This document shows, in pieces, positions 57,077-64,000 of a stretch of DNA of 64,000 nucleotides. This DNA comes from Paraphysomonas bandaiensis (lineage: Eukaryota > Protista > Chrysophyceae). Position 1 is the stretch's first letter. The number at the start of each line of letters is the position of its first letter. The position numbers and the translations under genes were made by a program. The stretch covers positions 6,570 through 70,569 of the forward strand of contig CBFFRP010000070.1 in assembly GCA_965644295.1 (NCBI GenBank). The letters run 5' to 3'. Under the pieces are notes generated by a model. That model saw only the letters and a program-made list of their open reading frames with translations. It ran no database searches and was not told the origin of the DNA.

Positions 57077-59190
57077 TTGTAGCATACCGTTCACTTGTTA
57101 CTGCAGGTCGCGAGCATATAGAGCACCGGGTGCCTATACACGTCGAAGACGTGGTGCGTATGACTGCAGAAACCCCCGGGAATACCGGGTACATAGGAAA
57201 GGGGGACGCCCTGAGTACTACGCCAGCCAGGGAGCTGGACCAGGGAAGACCTGGAGGGTTCCAGGAGAGTCCTGACCCAACCTGTCAACAGACAGTCGTG
57301 AGGTTGCAGACCTCGACAGACCATGGGTCTGGGGATGCGAGCGGGGCTCCTCCCACACCGCAAGATTTGCGGGCTCAGGATGAGCAAGGTATGGGTTCGT
57401 ATATAACTACTAGACGACCTATTGAACTAGATGGTGATGGTCGTGTACGGCGGAAACGGCTACAGCGTAGGTTGGCGAACGCATCGGTGTTAGGAGAAAT
57501 AAATATGGTTGAGGTGCCAGATGCATGCACTGTTAACTTTAAACATGCAGAGTTTCAACACGATGATTTTAAGACACCAGACTCCTATGCTGAAGCAGAG
57601 AGATCTCCACAGTACATGAAGTGGAGAGAAGCTCGGAAGGTGGAGAAGACCTCACTACTGAAGAGACGTGTCTTAAAGATTGTGCGGACTCCACGAGGAG
57701 TGAAGTTGGTGCGAGCAAAGTATGTTCACACGGTGAAGAGAGACCTTCTGGGGAACGTAGTCAAGTATAAGGCGCGGCTGGTTGCATTAGGGAATCTACA
57801 AGAAAAAACGGAGGAGGAGCAGTCCACGTTTGCTCCAGTGGTCAAAGGAATAACCATTCGACTGGTCCTCGCGATTGCGTTTATGTTCCATATGCATGTA
57901 CATCAGTTGGATGTATCATCAGCGTTTTGTTATGCCGATCTTGAAGAGGATGTGTATATGGCACCTCCACCTGATGAAGAGTTGCCAGCGGGGTGGTGTT
58001 TTCAATTGATCAAGGCCTTATATGGTTTGCGGTCATCACCGAGGCAGTGGAACAAGCATATTGACAAGTTTATCAAATCGTTACATTTTACTGCTTGCAT
58101 TTTAGATACATGCTTGTATATGCGATGGAGTAATGGTCAATTGCACTTATTGCTGATATATGTTGATGATATTATCATTGCATCTGCTGATCTCACCTAC
58201 TTAGAAAGTGTTAAACGTAGGTTCTGCGAAACGTTTGAAATGCACGATCTGGGTGTGTGCAAACGGTTTCTGAATATCAGAATCACGAGAGGAGAGGACT
58301 GGTACATGTTAGATCAATCGGAATATGCCAAGAATATTGTAAAGAAATTCGATTCGTTTATGGGGAAGAGCAGTAAGAATAAGGAGACTCCACTACCTAC
58401 CAATGTTCAGGATTTGTTGGCAGAGCAACGTGAGCTGACGGAGGAGCAGAAGCAGTGGGTCGAATCATTTCCGTATAGAGGAATTATTGGAGCGGTGTTG
58501 CATTTGGCGATTCACACTAGACCTGATCTGGCTTACGCTGTGGGGTTATTGGCTCGATTTAGTACTTCTCCAACATATGCGACTTGCAGATTAGCTATTC
58601 ATTTGTTGAAATATTTACGTGGTACAGTTGATAAGGGAATCAGATTCAGTGGGAGTGAGTTTGATTTACATGTATTCAGTGATTCAGACTGGGCTGGTGA
58701 TAGGATGACTAGGCGGTCCACAACGGGATACATCGTGCTTTTATGTGCGGGCGCTTTGGCCTGGCAGTCCAAGCTTCAGACCACAGTTGCGACTTCGAGC
58801 ATGGAATCTGAGTATATGGCGGAGTATGCGGCTTTGCAAGAACTGGTGTGGCTTCGGGGGGTGTTCAAGGAGCTCGGACTCTTGGTAGCGAAGCCGACTC
58901 CATTCTTTATGGATAGTAAGAGTGCAAAGGATCTTTCAGAGAATCCAGTGTATCATAAGAGGTCGAAGCATATTGACATCAAGTATCACTGGATAAGAGA
59001 ACATGTTAATGGCAAATTTCCTACAGCAAAATTGATTCATGTATCTACGGATGATATGGCGGCCGATATTTTTACAAAGGCGTTGTCCACGAAGATCTTC
59101 AGCCGTCATGAGAAAACGATTACCGGGGTTAAGAGGAGTGTGTCTAACAGTGTGGAGGAGCAGCAGAAGAAACGACCCCGAAGAGGTTAA
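57073..59190 (+). CDS. Copia-B RT-RNase H (continuation after the frameshift at ~57071)
   Basis: YKARLVALG, QLDVSSAF, LYGL, YVDD, FSDSDW, ESEY, ADIFTK. Confidence 0.9.
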   Translation: MIVAYRSLVTAGREHIEHRVPIHVEDVVRMTAETPGNTGYIGKGDALSTTPARELDQGRPGGFQESPDPTCQQTVVRLQTSTDHGSGDASGAPPTPQDLRAQDEQGMGSYITTRRPIELDGDGRVRRKRLQRRLANASVLGEINMVEVPDACTVNFKHAEFQHDDFKTPDSYAEAERSPQYMKWREARKVEKTSLLKRRVLKIVRTPRGVKLVRAKYVHTVKRDLLGNVVKYKARLVALGNLQEKTEEEQSTFAPVVKGITIRLVLAIAFMFHMHVHQLDVSSAFCYADLEEDVYMAPPPDEELPAGWCFQLIKALYGLRSSPRQWNKHIDKFIKSLHFTACILDTCLYMRWSNGQLHLLLIYVDDIIIASADLTYLESVKRRFCETFEMHDLGVCKRFLNIRITRGEDWYMLDQSEYAKNIVKKFDSFMGKSSKNKETPLPTNVQDLLAEQRELTEEQKQWVESFPYRGIIGAVLHLAIHTRPDLAYAVGLLARFSTSPTYATCRLAIHLLKYLRGTVDKGIRFSGSEFDLHVFSDSDWAGDRMTRRSTTGYIVLLCAGALAWQSKLQTTVATSSMESEYMAEYAALQELVWLRGVFKELGLLVAKPTPFFMDSKSAKDLSENPVYHKRSKHIDIKYHWIREHVNGKFPTAKLIHVSTDDMAADIFTKALSTKIFSRHEKTITGVKRSVSNSVEEQQKKRPRRG

Positions 59191-59759
59191 AGGTGTGTTT
59201 TAGTGGGTGAAAATCCCACATAACTGTATATCTAGTTGACTGCTAGATATATATGTATCTTTAAAAGATTTCACATCTGTTTTTACCTATGGGACTAGAT
59301 AGTCATAGCATTATCAGATTATTGTGATCACTGTTGTTTTATCTCACTGCATTCTACATTGAGTGGGAGTATTAGAATATGGATCTTATTCTAGTATATT
59401 CAGTATGTCACTTCAAGACAATGTACGAGAATACAGTGAAATATAGTGATGTACAAATGCTGTGATGATATTGAGAAACTGAAATAGTTTGATCGTTCAA
59501 GATATGTTCAGTAACGAGAGGTTCGCATATGTAGGATATTATGCAGGGATTATAATGAGTTAGTGTTGGTTATCACAACTTCGTGTAAACGATATTAATA
59601 AATCTATCTAGTCTTACGACAAATTCTCTCTGTGATCTAGTGTAAAATGAGCGTTTCTCAACATATTCTTATGAATGTTTTCTAGTTGAATATGCTTTTT
59701 TCACACTCAATAAAGTCGAACTTGCACATTTTCATGGTGTTCTGGGGGATAAGTACCAA

Positions 59760-60446
59760 AGATGTTTCTCCGGGAAACTAAAATGAGTCGCATATATAGT
59801 CAGTAGATAATTTTCTGCCTACTCATAGCCAAGTACTTGTGTAGACGTCGTTGGGTTTGAAGAATAAACAGGCATCCGGGGTATTGGGCTGTCGGCTGAA
59901 GTCAAGCATCCGGGAATGGGCCCACCTAAGGGTATCCGGGGTATTGAGCTGCCTGCTGAAGTCAAGCATCCGGGCTGTTTCACCTTAAGGACTCAAAACC
60001 CTGAAGTCAGCATATGTCAGGTATATCAACATTCTGCTTGCTCACTGCGTTTTCTATGAGTGATAGAGCAACAGTGGTTGCACCTCGGTGCTTGTGGTGA
60101 TGCACAAGCAGCTTTTGTAACGCAAAATAGTGGGATATCAGAGTTTAGCTCTAGATAGGTAAACTTAAACTAAATATATATTCAGCAGATTAAATTTAGC
60201 ATTGCAATTTAACTAACTAGTGCTTAACTCTGGTACCCTACTATTTAACGCTGCGAAAGCTGCTTGTGCATCACCGCAAGGACCAAGGTGCAACTACTTT
60301 CACTCTCTACCCTTAAGGTGAACAGCCCGGATGCTTGACTTCAGCAGGCAGCCCAATACCCCGAATGTCTGTTCATGCGTCAAGAGCCAAAGACGTCTAT
60401 ACAGGTGACTTATTAATGTCCCTCTTGTACCACACAAGCATTAGGC
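59760..60446. repeat. Two copies of repeat family X in tail-to-tail inverted arrangement
   Basis: 59937-59990 is the near-exact reverse complement of 60311-60362; 60076-60153 mirrors 60214-60297. Confidence 0.8.
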
Positions 60447-62219
60447 ATTAGTCTATGATGCTGACTAAAATATATCTACTGTACATGATCTTTTCTATAT
60501 AAGGTCGTATGAGAAATATTGGTAGTTGAGATAACATGAATTCGGCGTATGACAATGAATGAGAAGTGATATCCATTATAATTTATAATATAAGCATTGT
60601 ACATTAATTTTTGTTATTTAAGTCAATATCACCTAATAATGATACTCTATTCGTGTAGCGCATAAGTATAAATATGAGTATAAGGTATGAGTATAAAGAA
60701 AGAAAATAGAGAGTGGTCAGAAACAGAAACAAGAGGGGTGAGGTCAACCAATCAATATTTTAGCTATGCTATACGGCAGGGCCTGGTTACCGTTAATGGT
60801 AATGTCATTCAAATAGAAAATAGTATAGGAACCGATTCCTCAGAAAGATGGATTGAACTATTCAAAATGTTATTCAAGGTAGCCTAAATGACAACTGTTC
60901 GCTTGTGCTCAAACACTAGCTGGAAAAATTCATTCTAAAGATATGTCAACTCGAACTGGTTAAGAGTGAAAAGATTCTTTAAATATGCAACACAAGTGCT
61001 ATTCGAAGCAATAATAAGCACATTACACGCACAAGACATCCTGCGTGATCATTTCATTTTTCACATAAACAAGGCTACAGCACAGTGCGATTGCGTTGAG
61101 TGCAGAGCTATAGATATGTGATTTTACGACTGAAAAGAACCATACTCTTTACTATCGAATCCTCCTCTTCTTCCGGCAGCAATCGTTCTGGATTGTGTGT
61201 GTTCGTAGTACACCCAGTAACCAACGGAAATAACGAGTGACACTATATATAACACAGCTACAAAGAAAAAAACATGTTAGCATAACTTGAAAATTCCATA
61301 GTGGTATGAAACACTCTCAGAATAACATCATCTATCTCGTTATATATAAACAGGAAGCATGTGTGTGACATACCGCCAATATAGCAGTTCTCTGAGCCCT
61401 TATCCGCATCATCTACACCTTGAATATACACTCCCTGTGAATCCAGTAGAATCCCAATGATGAACTATCATGCAATGTATTAGACTTGTATTGCATATTG
61501 CTGTGTGTGTTACCAGAAATATGATGCCAGATATCGAGTAGAAGGTGCAACACTTTGCAACTGTTATATAGCCTGTTATGCATGAAACAGAGGAGATGAT
61601 CACTTACATGTAATCGCACTGCAACACATTATAATATGAGAGATATACAATGAAGAAGTATGGTATGGTTTAATGTATGCAATATGAGGGAGGGTGATGC
61701 TGAGTCTGAGGAGATACTCGATGCAATGATACCATACACACATACACATACATACACACACACATACACACACACATAATCTCTGCAGTAGCCATATGGA
61801 AGGCTTTTATCCAGGTTTTGTACCATATCGATGACTACAAAAGCGGGATTTTTATAATTTTATATCTAAATATTTTAGATTTCCTAATATTTCAGTGCTT
61901 TCTAACAGAGCTGTATTCTATTGTATATATGTATACTGGGAAGTGAGGAAAGAACACAGAGAAGGTCGAATTAGTTGGTATCTTGAAAAGACACTTTCAG
62001 TTCCTTCGAGCAGTTATATTTCTGTTAGATTCTAGATTTGTGTGTGTATGTGTGTATAGTCGAGACTACAGCAGCAGTCGTCTGTGTATATATATGTACG
62101 TGCCTTATATATGGAACTATGCGTTACTCTACATGCCTGTAATGCACCGCTATGCTCATCTATATATACACATACATTAACACACTCACAGCAATCAAAC
62201 TAAACATAAAGAAATAAAA

Positions 62220-63752
62220 ATGAATGCTGTACATAGTACCCCATCAACTAAACCCAATCGTCCTCATACAGCAGGTTCATCACGTAATAAATCCCCTCGT
62301 ATAAAAAGATCTTCATCACCAACAGGAAGTGAACGATCAGATCATAGTATGAACTCATATACAAGTGCCATGTTGGAATTAAAAAATAATCGTAAAAGAG
62401 CTGAAGGCGACATGCAACTTCTGGCTAATCGCATCGCACTACTACGAGCAGAAGAACAAAAAGCGTTAAATAAAGTCAAAGAAACAAAAACCAGAGCCAA
62501 AGAAATACTGACGTATGTATACACACACTCACACCATCCCTATACACAGATATGTATATATAGTTCCTCTCCGTTCATATATCTCTTATATTACAGATTA
62601 AAAAAACGAAATGAAGATATGTTAAACGAGAAATTAGCTCATAATTTAGAGAGAGATGGAAATTAAAGCTGTTCGTGATAAAAGTTTGAGAGCCAAAAAG
62701 AATCATGAAGACAAGATATCACGCACAAGAAAGGCGGTTGAACAGAGCCGAAGACAGCAGGTATAATGTGTATTCATGAGACAAACTCTTGTACTTATCA
62801 CTGTGAATGTACCTCCAGGCCATAGAGACGATGAACATGGGCAAGAAGGTAGTAGATGAAGCGGCCAATACCCGGCTACTAATAGAGGAACAAAACCGCA
62901 AAAGAGCACAGATAGTTAGACAGAGGTGCCATCACGATACGATAGTATATTGTAGTGTTTAGTAGCATGGTTTGGAAGAATATAACTCCATGTATAACCA
63001 AATGTCGCGTTGTATTTGAAACATTCCGTTGGGTAGTGAGTATGTGCGATGCTGTAGTATGTGCCATCAGGTGTTACGAAGCAAAATTGGTTCGATCTTG
63101 TTATTCTATGCATATCTAGGTGATATTAACACATTGATATGCTGTGTAGGAAGGAAGAGGCTTTGAGAAGGCGTGAAGCGGAGCGGCAAAGAAAAGAACG
63201 TGAAGCCAGAGAACTGTACTTGAAAAAGCAGGAAGAGGAAAACAAGCGAATGGCTGAGGCTGAAAAGGTTCGGCGTTCGTGGTGCCTGTTACTGCTCGGT
63301 CTATATTGTAGAAGGACAATCTACATATAATATATTAACTTTATGGTGCATGTTGCGTCCGTGCGTATTATATCATCAGCTTTTAGCATAGTTGTTGTTG
63401 TATATATATGTTTTTGTGTGTTCACTAATTCATTGCAATACAGGCTATTCGTAAAATGGAAAATGAAGAGCGGGAGTTAATCGAGAGACTTAAAAAGACA
63501 CAGGAGATGCAACAAAAGGTATGTAACGGTTGTTGTCGTAGGTGTAACACTTTGATGATTGCGTATCTCATGCCCTATGTAATGATGTACCGATTCTTGT
63601 GATATGTAAATGTCTGCGATTATATGAATGGAATATGCTAAACTAAGGGTACCTGTTTGTCATTCTTAGTGCACCTGTATGTCTGATGTGGTATGTCGTT
63701 AATATGAAAACTGTAGGCGTACAATGAGCTTCAGGAGAGCCTTGAACTCTAA
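62220..63752 (+). CDS. Conserved-type protist coiled-coil protein, multi-exon
   Basis: RKRAEGDMQLLANRIALLRAEEQKA; E/K/R-rich exons; ends KMENEERELIERLKKTQEMQQKAYNELQESLEL*. Confidence 0.7.
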
Positions 63753-64000
63753 GTTATGCGTTTTCATCAACTCTGCTGACATGAATGCTGACGATTGTCA
63801 TTGATGTTGAGTGTACTGAGTAAATGTATCTTGTGTAATTGAAACCGCGTAGTTTGGTGTGTAGTGTTACGGAGCCGTTGTATTGAAGAGGAAATGGTTG
63901 AGGAAATGGTTTTTGAGTCTTTAATAGGTAGGAATTGATTTGTGTTACGGGAGTAGTTATATTATATTATAATCGTAATTTTGTATTCTTGGAATTTCTT

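Larger units (their letters stand above)
54154..59663 (+). mobile_element. Ty1/copia element Copia-B, young
   Basis: 294-bp LTRs 54154-54447 and 59370-59663 (no difference seen); TSD TATTC; PBS TGGTAGCGAG (54448); PPT TGAGTGGGAG. Confidence 0.97.

Noticed and set aside
60687-60887. S4-like motif YAIRQGLVTVNG in a 66-aa ORF
   Set aside because: Too short, and no adjoining exons could be identified

Overview
Eukaryotic genomic DNA with GT-AG introns, most likely from a flagellated stramenopile (inferred from a Sig/Ocm mastigoneme-type gene, a stramenopile-type Crypton and a CDPK). TE-dense nested islands alternate with intron-containing host genes. 1-8170: two near-identical Ty3/gypsy units. 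Their 1.36-kb LTR carries an intact antisense SET-domain (lysine methyltransferase) gene, and their integrase ends in a chromodomain-like module, so the element appears to encode both a chromatin writer and a reader. This is the most striking feature of the window. The element also has an IFDN RT motif, a CCCH Gag finger and an in-frame TGA between gag and pol. 11.4-16.9 kb: an exact head-to-tail dimer of a Crypton tyrosine-recombinase transposon with an att-like junction. 32-41 kb: a truncated LINE interrupted by a Copia, itself interrupted by an intron-bearing gene fragment fused in frame to RT. 54-59.7 kb: a young Copia with identical LTRs. Host genes: a bacterial-like secreted propeller/helical-barrel protein, a TM-anchored CDPK, an Ig-like-repeat membrane protein, MEMO1, VPS18, a Sig/Ocm EGF protein with a PTGQ stalk and a coiled-coil protein. 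All comparisons were made by eye; no database searches were run.
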